DNA of 64,000 bases from the IMG/VR virus record IMGVR_UViG_3300028864_000016, positions 62,001 through 126,000 of that record; one strand, written 5' to 3'. The notes beneath the pieces were generated by a model. That model worked only from the letters and a program-made list of their open reading frames with translations, was not told the DNA's origin and made no database searches. Every line of letters starts with the position of its first letter. The first letter of the stretch is position 1. This document shows positions 40,907 through 50,898 of this stretch, piece by piece. The translations under genes and the position numbers were made by a program.

Positions 40907-43048
40907 ATGGAGGGAATAGTTGTTTATGCTTTACTTAATAAAAAGTTAAAAGCACTTGCAAGTGGAATATCAAGCATTGTACCAATATCAAATGGATTAA
41001 GATTTACAACTACTAATGGTACGAATATAGATGTAACATTGCCAACTCATACACATTCTAATTTAGATACCATTTTAGAGAAATTTACTTTAGATGGAAG
41101 TAATAAATTATTATTTGATGGACAATCTTTAGATAAGCAATTAGATTTAACAAATTATGTTCAAAAAGAAACTGGAAAAGGATTATTTACAGGAAATTAT
41201 AATGATTTAATAAATAAACCAGCCTCACAACAACCTAATAAATCAATTTCTTTTACTTCAAGTGATTGGGTTCAAGATGCAGTTGATTTAGATAAATATA
41301 CTTTAGAAATAACACATGGATTAAAAACCATTGATATTGTAGGAGTTATATATAATTCTTCAGGGGAAGAAGAAACAATAGGCTTTAAACCATTGGATAT
41401 TGACAGAGTAAGATTAACAAATATCTCACCTACCGATGGAAGGGCAGTTCTAAATTACACTAGCACAATAAATACTGGTACGAATACAGGAATTTCAGAC
41501 TTATCAGGATTTACAAGTGATGATTTATCAGAAGGGACAAATAATAAATACTTAACACCTTCCGAAAAAACAATAGTTGGCTCAATAAATTTAACATCTC
41601 CTAGTGATAAACAGGTGTTATCTTATGATAGTGCTACTGGAAATTTAGTTAATGAAACTATTAATGATGAAAAGGTTAAGTTAACTTCATCTAGTACAAC
41701 GGCAGAATATATTGGAGATTTAATAGATAATTCAACCATACAAATATCTGGAAATAAAATAGTTGCGAAGAGTTTACAAGGGCAAACGGTAACTTTAACA
41801 GAATTGAATTATATTAGTGGTCTTAATGAGAATATTATGACTAAATTCTCTAACTTTCTAAATGGTGGGATTCAGGTTTATACAACTAAAACTTTTAGTT
41901 CTTATAGTGAATTATTAAGTTTTAATTATGCAACCTTGACAACAGGAAAAATATATTTAATGTATGTTTCAAAAGATGAAACACATAGCAATAATGGAAC
42001 TACATATATGTGCCATTCTACTACTAACACTACAACTAATCTACCATATTATTGTGGTTTATCTACAGCTACTCAAAGGGATTTCGGTGTTGATAAAGTT
42101 GATTTGACTAGTGAAGTAAAAAATCAACTTCCCCAAGCCAATATAGATATGATAGGAATTTTAAAGACAATTGATATAATTGATGATTTAACTCATACTG
42201 ATACAGATAAGCCATCTAGTGCAAATCAAGTAAAAATTTTAAAAGGATTAGTTGATAGTAAGACTCAAACTAATGATATTGGTATTGCCGGAAATTTAAC
42301 TGATACATATTCTATTGATAAGATTATTGAATTGTTGAACAATAAACAAAATAAAATATATACACAAAGTACACAACCTAGTTCTCCAACTATAAATACA
42401 ATATGGATTGATACAACAAATAGTACAAATTATACGATTAAATGTTATAATGGCACAGGATTTATCCAAGTAGGTAGTTCTGGTGGAATTACAATTGAAA
42501 ATTGGTCTAGTTTAACATCATATATAAGTAATTCAAGTTTTGTTATATACAATAGTAATTTATATAGATGTAAGACAACACATATAAGTACAATGACTTT
42601 TGAATCTGCAAATTGGGATTTAGTAGGTGGTGATGTTACTAAAACATATCTTGAAACAATAATTAATACAATATATCCAGTTGGGCATATATTAATGACA
42701 GAAAATAGTGCAAATCCAAATACATATTTAGGCGTAGGAACTTGGGTAGCTTATGGAGCTGGTAGAGTTCCGGTTGGTATAGATGGAACACAAACTGAAT
42801 TTAATGCCATTGGTAAAACTGGTGGAACTACGAAACATACGCTTTCTATTGAAGAACTTCCAAATCATACTCATGGTTATTATTATCCAAGTAACACTAC
42901 AGTTGGGCGAGAAGGTGGTGTTGTAGCTGAGGATACGGCAAAAGGTACAAGTTATACTACTTTACAAACAAGTGCCATAGGCTTAGGACAAGCACATAAT
43001 AATTTATCTCCATATGTCGTATGTTATATGTGGAAACGTACAGTATGA
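40907..43048 (+). CDS. Fibre/baseplate protein with T4 gp10-like C-terminal domain
   Basis: C-terminal IYPVGHILMTENSANPNTYLGVGTWVAYGAGRVPVG...HTLSIEELPNHTH...HNNLSPYVVCYMWKRT. Confidence 0.7.
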   Translation: MEGIVVYALLNKKLKALASGISSIVPISNGLRFTTTNGTNIDVTLPTHTHSNLDTILEKFTLDGSNKLLFDGQSLDKQLDLTNYVQKETGKGLFTGNYNDLINKPASQQPNKSISFTSSDWVQDAVDLDKYTLEITHGLKTIDIVGVIYNSSGEEETIGFKPLDIDRVRLTNISPTDGRAVLNYTSTINTGTNTGISDLSGFTSDDLSEGTNNKYLTPSEKTIVGSINLTSPSDKQVLSYDSATGNLVNETINDEKVKLTSSSTTAEYIGDLIDNSTIQISGNKIVAKSLQGQTVTLTELNYISGLNENIMTKFSNFLNGGIQVYTTKTFSSYSELLSFNYATLTTGKIYLMYVSKDETHSNNGTTYMCHSTTNTTTNLPYYCGLSTATQRDFGVDKVDLTSEVKNQLPQANIDMIGILKTIDIIDDLTHTDTDKPSSANQVKILKGLVDSKTQTNDIGIAGNLTDTYSIDKIIELLNNKQNKIYTQSTQPSSPTINTIWIDTTNSTNYTIKCYNGTGFIQVGSSGGITIENWSSLTSYISNSSFVIYNSNLYRCKTTHISTMTFESANWDLVGGDVTKTYLETIINTIYPVGHILMTENSANPNTYLGVGTWVAYGAGRVPVGIDGTQTEFNAIGKTGGTTKHTLSIEELPNHTHGYYYPSNTTVGREGGVVAEDTAKGTSYTTLQTSAIGLGQAHNNLSPYVVCYMWKRTV

Positions 43049-43200
43049 TAAAATATTACATAACAAATTAAAAGAAACAAAAACCCATTAAATGACTCAT
43101 TTTAATAATTGCATAAACCAAAGATTAGAAGGAGGATTCAGATGAAATATTTTGAGTCCTTTTATCTTATAAAAATAAAGATAGAAAGGAATGATGAATA

Positions 43201-44544
43201 TTGGAGAACTTTGAAATAAACAAACAAGTTCAGTTAGTAAAAGAAAAAGAAACTATATTATCTAAATTAACATTAGGTAATAATGAAAAGGTCTTAATAG
43301 ATGGCGAAGCAATTTTAACTAGCAGTTCTAGTGATTTAACTGAATATATAAAAACGGCAGATGCTGATTTAAAATATGAACTAAAAGATATAGCTGGGTA
43401 TGTTCATACTGATAATAATTATAATGACGTAGAAAAGGCTAAGGTAGAAGCAATGACTAATGGTTCAAAATATATTGGATTATTTCCTACTTTAGCTGAA
43501 AGAGATATTGTTACAACTTTAAATATTGGCAATTGGTGTACAGTAGATGTAGATTCTAGTCATAGTAATAAAAAAACTAAATTTTATTATGATGGAACTC
43601 AGTGGATTTACGATGGAGAATATCAAGAAGATTCTTTTGGTATTGATGATAATTCCATAGACAGTACACAAAATGGGTGGTCTGCTTCAAAATTAAGGAA
43701 TGAGTTAGCTTTAAAAGCAAATAAAGATGGAACAGATATTGATTTAACAACATTCCAAGGAGATATAATTCCAATTACTAATGGAATACAAAATATTGGT
43801 TCTCCAACTAATAGGTTTGGTACTATATACGTAAACGAAGCAAAATTAAGCACAAACACTTTATATATAGGTGATACGCCTGTAATCGGAACGAATCAAG
43901 ATACTATAATGGTTAAAGCAGATTTAGATCAGAGTTTAACAGTTAAAACTACAGGAGTAGGAACTACAAAAGTCATATCAGCGAGTGGAGTTGAATTATC
44001 AACATCAGGAATGAATGCAAATATAAATGTACAAGCAACAGGACAAGGTGCTAATGCGAATTTAAGTGCAACCAATCAAGTTAATTTGAACTCACCAAAT
44101 GTAAATATTCAAGGTTCTACAAATGTAACTGGTGGTATTTCAGTTGATAATTTAACGGTACGTGGAAATGTAGTAATGAATGGAGAAAGTTTTATATCTA
44201 ATGCTACAACGGTTCAAATTGAAGATAATATAATAGAATTAAATAAAAATGAAGTTGGGTATGGAGTTACTTCTGGCAGGGCTGGTATAAAAATTAATAG
44301 GGGCGATGCTGACGATTATTTGTTAATATTTGATGAAACTGATGATAAAGCTAAAATAGGAACAGATTCAACATTGAAAGCAATTGCAACTGAAGACTAT
44401 GTAAATGCATTATTAAATAACAAATTATCTTCTAGTAATATAAAAGCTGGTTCAAATATTACTATAACAACAAATGGTAATGATATAACGTTAAATGCTA
44501 CAGGTGGTTCTGGATTATCTGCTTATTCTGAATTCGTAATATAA
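43201..44544 (+). CDS. Fibre-like structural protein
   Basis: TTVQIEDNIIELNKNE...AGIKINRG beta-helix-like motif common in phage fibres; TTG start with AAAGGA RBS. Confidence 0.55.
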   Translation: MENFEINKQVQLVKEKETILSKLTLGNNEKVLIDGEAILTSSSSDLTEYIKTADADLKYELKDIAGYVHTDNNYNDVEKAKVEAMTNGSKYIGLFPTLAERDIVTTLNIGNWCTVDVDSSHSNKKTKFYYDGTQWIYDGEYQEDSFGIDDNSIDSTQNGWSASKLRNELALKANKDGTDIDLTTFQGDIIPITNGIQNIGSPTNRFGTIYVNEAKLSTNTLYIGDTPVIGTNQDTIMVKADLDQSLTVKTTGVGTTKVISASGVELSTSGMNANINVQATGQGANANLSATNQVNLNSPNVNIQGSTNVTGGISVDNLTVRGNVVMNGESFISNATTVQIEDNIIELNKNEVGYGVTSGRAGIKINRGDADDYLLIFDETDDKAKIGTDSTLKAIATEDYVNALLNNKLSSSNIKAGSNITITTNGNDITLNATGGSGLSAYSEFVI

Positions 44545-44563
44545 AAAAGGGTGTGAGAATAAA

Positions 44564-44716
44564 ATGGCAGATATAACTTTAGATAAAATAGATAAAAAAG
44601 ATGGACAAGTAGTCACACAAGAAGATATTGCAAAAATAGATAAAAATATGTCAACCATAGAAACAGTAATTAAAGACATTGGAACGACGTTGACTTATTC
44701 AGAATTTGTAATATGA
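44564..44716 (+). CDS. 50-aa mini-protein MADITLDKIDKKDGQVVTQEDIAKIDKNMSTIETVIKDIGTTLTYSEFVI
   Basis: Translated by hand; AAGGGTG RBS; N-terminus 15/36 identical to the N-terminus of 29229..31190; C-terminal YSEFVI identical to that of 43201..44544. Confidence 0.8.
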   Translation: MADITLDKIDKKDGQVVTQEDIAKIDKNMSTIETVIKDIGTTLTYSEFVI

Positions 44717-44749
44717 AAAACAAATTAAATAAAAAGGAGATGATGCTAA

Positions 44750-46750
44750 ATGGCAAATCCAAATATTAATATAGGTGTTATAAATGAATCTTCGGTAGCG
44801 TCTCAAACACAAGTCGGAAAAATCCTTTTTACGGAACAAGGAAATCAATACATAATAAAATCAGATGGTAGCAAATTAAAAATTAGCGATATTATAGTAG
44901 TTGATACACTTCCTAGCACAAACATTCAATCACATAAAATATACATTTTAAGCACCCAAAATTACAGTATGAACTATTATGACGGGTCAGCTTGGCATAT
45001 ATTAGGTGGTAGTTCAGACAGTCAAATTTCAATAGGTACAACACCACCAACAGATACAAATAAATTATTCATAGATATTACAGATAAAACTAAACCAATA
45101 CTTAAATGGTACGATTCTACAACTACTTCATGGATTAATATTAGTTCAACTCAAATTCAAAGTGATTGGAATCAAACTGATAATTCAAAAGCAGATTTTA
45201 TTAAAAATAAACCTAGTGGAAGCAATGCAACTTCTATAAATAATATTCTAGTTGATGATACAACTAGAACTAATGGTACAGGTTTGTTTTACAACTCAGG
45301 TACTGGAAAATATGAGAATGCAACAGTTAATATTGCTGGCATTGTTGGTTCTAGCCAAATCACAAAGGCTGGAGAAAATGTTACAATAGCTAGTGGCTCT
45401 GAAGTTATTTTTAATCATATTGCAAGTGAGAATATAGTCCCAAGTATAGAAGAACAAATTGCAGGAAGTTCTGTTACAGATACACATGTTGATTTTTCAG
45501 ATAGTAGTAAATATACATTACAAGATAGTGGAAAAATACTAGTTGGAAATAATAAATCCGAATTAGATATTTATACTAAATTATTAATGCATATGGACGA
45601 TAGTAATTTTACAGATGTTTGTGGACATACTGTTACAAATAATGGTGTTACTTTAGATACTAGTATTAAAAAATTTGGAACAGGAAGTGCTAAATTTAAT
45701 GGAACTAGTTCTTATTTAAGTTTACCAACTTCAATAGATTGGAATTTAGGAAATAGAGATTTTGAAATAAAAGCTAATGTGACATTAAATTCAATAGCTA
45801 GTACAGGAACATTGTGTGGTATTTGGAATTCTAATAAATATTCTTTTATCATACAATTTTCATCAAATGGTCTAAGCTTTGTTGTAACAACTGATGGTAC
45901 TGGTAGCACAGTTACAAATTATACGGCAACTTATACATGGGCAGTTGGTGAAAATTATCATATAGCAATAGAAAGGTATTCTAATAATTTATATATGTTC
46001 GTAAATGGAGTACTAATATCTACTTATTCAATTACAAAAACTATATATGCATCAACTTCTCCTTTAGATATTGGTAGGAGCACCGATTCTGGTGGATTAG
46101 CATATTTAAATGGAAATATAGATGAATTTATATTAAAAAAGGGTAAAGCTTCTAATATAACAAGTTTTTCACCACCAACTTCGATATCCCCTATTCCATA
46201 TTTAACATCAAATATACCAACATACTTAAAAACAACAGGAACAAGTAATTTTAGTTTAACAACAATAGATACAATAACATCGTTAACTATACCGGTAACA
46301 TTGCCGAGTGCCAATACAACTTGTAAGTGCTTAGTATCACTTGATAATGGTATAAATTGGTTATATAGGTCTAGTGGAATCTTGTATAAATATACTGGAG
46401 ATTTAACCACAAGTTGGACAAGTTCGAATTTAAATACTGATTTACAAACTTACTTTTCGAATATAAATTTAAATACTTTAACTAATGATTTAAGTAGTTT
46501 AGGTATAACTCCTATTAGTTTAAATTTCGCTTTCCAACTTTCAACTTCTGATTTAGCTCAAACACCTTCAGTATCTGCAATTACAATGGTTTATGTTAAT
46601 AAATCACATAATGAATTTGCAAGTTTCGGAAGTTACTCAGATAGTTATAGCATGTACGGAGTAAAGAGAATAAATTCTTCTAGTATAGGTGTAAAGAATA
46701 AATCGGCAGTTACTAAAGTAATTAAGGTGAATTTAGTTACTAGTATATAA
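44750..46750 (+). CDS. LamG/concanavalin-like domain virion protein
   Basis: KKFGTGSAKFNGTSSYL...DFEI...NYHIAIERYSNNLYMFVNG...NGNIDEFILKKG LamG pattern. Confidence 0.75.
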   Translation: MANPNINIGVINESSVASQTQVGKILFTEQGNQYIIKSDGSKLKISDIIVVDTLPSTNIQSHKIYILSTQNYSMNYYDGSAWHILGGSSDSQISIGTTPPTDTNKLFIDITDKTKPILKWYDSTTTSWINISSTQIQSDWNQTDNSKADFIKNKPSGSNATSINNILVDDTTRTNGTGLFYNSGTGKYENATVNIAGIVGSSQITKAGENVTIASGSEVIFNHIASENIVPSIEEQIAGSSVTDTHVDFSDSSKYTLQDSGKILVGNNKSELDIYTKLLMHMDDSNFTDVCGHTVTNNGVTLDTSIKKFGTGSAKFNGTSSYLSLPTSIDWNLGNRDFEIKANVTLNSIASTGTLCGIWNSNKYSFIIQFSSNGLSFVVTTDGTGSTVTNYTATYTWAVGENYHIAIERYSNNLYMFVNGVLISTYSITKTIYASTSPLDIGRSTDSGGLAYLNGNIDEFILKKGKASNITSFSPPTSISPIPYLTSNIPTYLKTTGTSNFSLTTIDTITSLTIPVTLPSANTTCKCLVSLDNGINWLYRSSGILYKYTGDLTTSWTSSNLNTDLQTYFSNINLNTLTNDLSSLGITPISLNFAFQLSTSDLAQTPSVSAITMVYVNKSHNEFASFGSYSDSYSMYGVKRINSSSIGVKNKSAVTKVIKVNLVTSI

Positions 46751-46783
46751 ATAATAAATTAATATAGATAGGAAGTGGTCTAA

Positions 46784-47143
46784 TTGGTTGGATATGTATA
46801 TTTTTCTCAATCAAAAATTATAAATAACAAAATAAATAATGTTGAATATATAGATTCAGGTTGTAAAGAAATTAAGGGAACGAATGATAATGGAGATTCT
46901 ATATGTTCTTTATTTAATGGAGGTTCAGATTTTATAATTCTTGAAAGTGATACTATTAATAAAAATATAGGTGAAGAAATTAATTTAGATAGTTTGATAG
47001 ATACTAGAGATTTTTTCTTAAAAGGTAAGGATTATTGGTATCAAGAACAAATTAAAAACAATAAAGAAACTATTAATAATCAAACTGAATTAGTTAATTC
47101 ATTAATAGAAATGGTAATAACAACAACATTACCAACTACTTAA
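46784..47143 (+). CDS. Putative fibre-assembly/chaperone-like protein
   Basis: 119 aa after the fibre genes, C-terminal coiled coil; positional inference. Confidence 0.35.
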   Translation: MVGYVYFSQSKIINNKINNVEYIDSGCKEIKGTNDNGDSICSLFNGGSDFIILESDTINKNIGEEINLDSLIDTRDFFLKGKDYWYQEQIKNNKETINNQTELVNSLIEMVITTTLPTT

Positions 47144-47159
47144 TAGGAGGTGAAAGGAG

Positions 47160-47354
47160 GTGATACAAATGGCAAGTTTTAAAAAAGTTTTAGAATATGA
47201 CATAAATACTAATCATGCAAAACATGATAGAAGTTATTATGAAACTGTTATTGCAACATGGTTATTAAAAAATTATTTAACTTCTGATGAAGCAGATTCT
47301 TTATTAGCTTTATTAGATACATGTTATCCACAAACAGAAACTCAAGCTCAATAA
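47160..47354 (+). CDS. Small hypothetical protein ending the fibre cassette
   Basis: 64 aa, GGAGG RBS; followed by terminator 47395-47427. Confidence 0.45.
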   Translation: MIQMASFKKVLEYDINTNHAKHDRSYYETVIATWLLKNYLTSDEADSLLALLDTCYPQTETQAQ

Positions 47355-47394
47355 ATTAATAAGGCATTGTAAAACTAGCATTTTATTCAAAAAT

Positions 47395-47427
47395 AAAATA
47401 GAGTAGTCGATATCACTACTCTATTTT
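47395..47427. terminator. Bidirectional intrinsic terminator
   Basis: aaaatagagtagt-cgatatc-actactctatttt. Confidence 0.75.
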
Positions 47428-47901
47428 CTACAAATATAAACAAATTAACTAAATAATAAAAGAAGTTGATTAAATAAAATCAATCTTTATTACTCTTTTA
47501 GTTTAACACAAATTAATGTGTTTGTAAAGTGTAAAATTTTATAAAATAAAAAGCAAGGGCTTGAATCTTGCTTTTTAAATGGAGACTTAAGACTGTGGTT
47601 TATATCTTAAGTCATTGTTATTATAACATATATTTAATCATTTGTAAATACTGTAAATAAAGAGTAAGACGAGCCATCGTGGGTTAACTCTTTCCTACTC
47701 TTTATTTTGTGCAATTTAGTATTAAATAATTATTATATCATAAAACTAGTTATTCGTATATGGGTTTTAAATTTAATTTAAAATTTTAAAAACCTATTAT
47801 ACCTATAGTTGTGTTATAAAAATACGTTCAAATTCATCACTAATAGTAAAAGATAGTCAAAGTCAGTATAAAATAAGTAGAAAAGTTTAATACTCTCCTA
47901 C

Positions 47902-48114
47902 TTAATATTTTCTAACCATATCCATAAAATTATCGAATGTTTCTTGGCTTTGTAAATGTGGTTGCATAGCTACTTCTATAAGTTTAGATATTGGTATTCC
48001 CGTATTGTCTTTTATGTATTTAAGTTCATCGATCAATTGTTTGTCCAAAGTAGTGTTAAAAGATTTTCTGATTGAATTTTTACAATAATTGAATTTAAAT
48101 TTAAAATTTAGCAT
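47902..48114 (-). CDS. Ribbon-helix-helix DNA-binding protein
   Basis: RKSFNTTLDKQLIDELKYIKDNTGIPISKLIEVAM is a classic RHH pattern. Confidence 0.75.
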   Translation of the reverse strand: MLNFKFKFNYCKNSIRKSFNTTLDKQLIDELKYIKDNTGIPISKLIEVAMQPHLQSQETFDNFMDMVRKY

Positions 48115-48382
48115 TTGTACCCCACCTTTTAAGGGAATTATACCATAATTTTAATGAGGATACAATAAGGACTTATATGCTTATTTGCGAAACGTCAATT
48201 TAGAAAACAAGGATGTTATAAGGATTAACATGAGGATATATTTTTAAAATGAGGTGAATAGGAGGGTGTAGTGGGATATATTATGAGGATAATTTGCTAT
48301 TAAATATTATTACTTTGAGTTTGTACGAAATTGTACAGGCTCTTTTATTATGACAAAAATAGAAATTAGAAAGGAGAAATAT

Positions 48383-48952
48383 ATGGAAGAAAAACAAGTA
48401 TTAAAGTTGACATTGCCTTTACCAAGTTCAATTAATCATATTTATGGTAGAAATAAGTTTGGATCAACTTATTTAAAAAAAGAAGGAAAAGATTATAAAA
48501 GTATAAATGGAGAATACATAAAGCAAGAAGTCATTAAACAAGGTTGGGAAAAGTTATTAGAATTTGAATATTGTTATCTTGATGAAGTTGTATATATGAA
48601 TAAAAAAGGAAGAGATTCTGATAACTTAAAAAAATTAACACAAGATACAATTACAGAATGTGAAGTAGTTTGGTTCGATGATACTTATTGTATGCCTAGA
48701 ACTAATAGGATATACATAGATAAGAACAATCCTAGAATTGAAATTACTTTAACTCCTACTAATACTGTAGGAATATTTGATAACAAGGCTGACTTTGAAT
48801 GTTTCGAAACTCAATGCAAAATATGTAGTAGTTATAAAGAAGGAAGATGCTCTGTATTCATAGAAAGTAAGGAAAATAAAATAAATGAACATGTTGAGTT
48901 AGTTTATAACAAATGGAATTGTAATAAATTTAGAGTTAGCAAAAAGAAATAA
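48383..48952 (+). CDS. rusA: RusA-family Holliday junction resolvase
   Basis: LPLPSSINHIY N-terminus; RDSDNLKKLTQD...FDD catalytic aspartate pattern; NPRIEITL. Confidence 0.75.
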   Translation: MEEKQVLKLTLPLPSSINHIYGRNKFGSTYLKKEGKDYKSINGEYIKQEVIKQGWEKLLEFEYCYLDEVVYMNKKGRDSDNLKKLTQDTITECEVVWFDDTYCMPRTNRIYIDKNNPRIEITLTPTNTVGIFDNKADFECFETQCKICSSYKEGRCSVFIESKENKINEHVELVYNKWNCNKFRVSKKK

Positions 48953-48964
48953 ATTAAATGGAGA

Positions 48965-49159
48965 GTGGAATTGATGGACTATAAAAATCAATTATATGTA
49001 TGTAAAACTTTGAGAATGATGAACTTTTTATGTAAGAAATATGATTGTATTAAACTTGCAGATGATAAGGATAATACTAAGTTTAAAGTATTTTTGTTTA
49101 AAGATAGCAATGAACTTAGAGAATATTTAAAAGAATATGATAATGAAATAAATAAGTAG
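48965..49159 (+). CDS. Small DUF5659-like protein
   Basis: YVCKTLRMMNFL...DKDNTKFKVFLFKDSNELREYL; precedes an endonuclease, as at 31611. Confidence 0.5.
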   Translation: MELMDYKNQLYVCKTLRMMNFLCKKYDCIKLADDKDNTKFKVFLFKDSNELREYLKEYDNEINK

Positions 49160-49244
49160 ATTAGGCATTTCTAAGAGAATTAGAGTGCCTTTTATTATGT
49201 CTAAAAATAAATGAATTATAAATAAGAAAGAAGGAATTTATATT

Positions 49245-50897
49245 ATGGGAAAGAAAAAAAGAACACATGAACAATTTGTAGAAGAAGTATTAAATATTGT
49301 AGGTCATGAAAAGTATGAATTTTTAACTGAGTATCAAGGGTGTGATAAGAAAATAACAATTAAATGTAAAGAAGACGCATATAGTTGGAGTATACAAGCA
49401 AATGGATTTTTAAATAATGGTTGTCATTGCCCTAAATGTAATAATAAAGTAATGAATAAAGATACTGATTATTTTAAAACTCAATTAAAAGAATTATATG
49501 AAGATGAATACATTTGCTTAGGTGAATATACTGGAGCTAAGAATAAGGTTCTGATAAAACATAATATTGAAAATTGTGGTAATGAATTTATGACAACTCC
49601 TGACAGTATAGTAAATAAAAAGAATGGCTGTCCAATTTGTAATCACAGAAAAGGTGCAGATAAATTATTTATAAGTCATGAAGAGTTTTGTGATAGAACT
49701 TCTAAACTGTTTAATAATGAGTTTGAATTATTATCACTATATAAAGGTGGTAAAGAAAATATTACTGTAAAACATATCCCTTGCGGTAGAGTATATGATA
49801 GACAAGCAGGAGATATTTTACAAGGAAAAGGTTGTAAATTTTGTGGATTTGGAGCTACAAAAGATACTCAGTGGTTTAAAGAAAAGGTATATGAAATGTA
49901 TCAAGAAGAATATACTGTTCTAGGTGAATACATAAGTACAGACACAACGATATTAATGAGACATAACAAATGTGGAAAAATGTATTCAATTAGACCAATA
50001 GATTTTATACGAGGAACTAGATGTAAATGTGAGTCAACATCTAAAGGAGAAAAAATAATTGAAATATTTTTAAGGTTTAATAGGATAGAATTTAAACAAC
50101 AATATACGTATGAAGATTGTAAAAATAAAGCAAGATTGCCTTTTGATTGTGCCGTAAAAGATAATAATGGACAAGTTATATTTCTGATTGAATTTGATGG
50201 GATTCAACATTATGAACCTATATATGGAGAAGAACAATTTGCAGATACAAAGTATAATGACGCAACAAAGAACTCTTATTGTGAGGATAATAATATTCCA
50301 CTAATAAGAATACCATTTTGGGATATGGACAAGATAAATAATATTTTAATAGATTATTTTAAAATTATAAATATTGATACAAATATGCCTACGGAAGGTT
50401 TAAATATTTGGGAAGAAGGTAATCAATTTAAATTGATTAAACTTTTAAAAGAATTACCTAATGGAATATATCCTAAAAGCTATGTAATAGAACAGTTGAA
50501 TTCTACAACAGTAATAAGTAGTTTAGCTAATATATTAAGGATAGATTGTATAAAAGAGGTTTGTAATAAATTAAATATACAATATAATAATAAAACTATT
50601 ACAATATTAAATAATTATACAAATTATGATAAATACAATAACTTAATTGAAACAATTAAAACATATAGAATTACAAAATCAATAAATATGTTTGCAGATT
50701 TATATACTAATATGAGTAAAATATTGGATAAATGTTATAAAAAAGATATATTCTGTAGTATGAATTGTTTTCATGGATTAGATAAACAATCGTCTGAATA
50801 TAAATTTATAGAAAATTTTATGGAAGAAAATAATTTATATTTTGAACACAATTATGTTTGTAAAAAACAAATTAAAAATAGAAAGGACTTGATTTAA
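49245..50897 (+). CDS. Free-standing endonuclease-like protein (tandem Zn-ribbon repeats plus PD-(D/E)xK/Vsr-like core)
   Basis: Repeated EYxG...HxxCG...CPxC units; RLPFDCAV...LIEFDGIQHY...LIRIPFW core. Confidence 0.75.
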   Translation: MGKKKRTHEQFVEEVLNIVGHEKYEFLTEYQGCDKKITIKCKEDAYSWSIQANGFLNNGCHCPKCNNKVMNKDTDYFKTQLKELYEDEYICLGEYTGAKNKVLIKHNIENCGNEFMTTPDSIVNKKNGCPICNHRKGADKLFISHEEFCDRTSKLFNNEFELLSLYKGGKENITVKHIPCGRVYDRQAGDILQGKGCKFCGFGATKDTQWFKEKVYEMYQEEYTVLGEYISTDTTILMRHNKCGKMYSIRPIDFIRGTRCKCESTSKGEKIIEIFLRFNRIEFKQQYTYEDCKNKARLPFDCAVKDNNGQVIFLIEFDGIQHYEPIYGEEQFADTKYNDATKNSYCEDNNIPLIRIPFWDMDKINNILIDYFKIINIDTNMPTEGLNIWEEGNQFKLIKLLKELPNGIYPKSYVIEQLNSTTVISSLANILRIDCIKEVCNKLNIQYNNKTITILNNYTNYDKYNNLIETIKTYRITKSINMFADLYTNMSKILDKCYKKDIFCSMNCFHGLDKQSSEYKFIENFMEENNLYFEHNYVCKKQIKNRKDLI

Positions 50898-50898
50898 T

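Noticed and set aside
48222-48250. attaacatgag...tttaaaat resembles, from memory, part of a clostridial type I-B CRISPR repeat (solitary repeat/anti-CRISPR RNA idea)
   Set aside because: Only about 11 contiguous matching bases in AT-rich DNA, no array, and better explained by the AGGAT repeat set; cannot be verified without a search.
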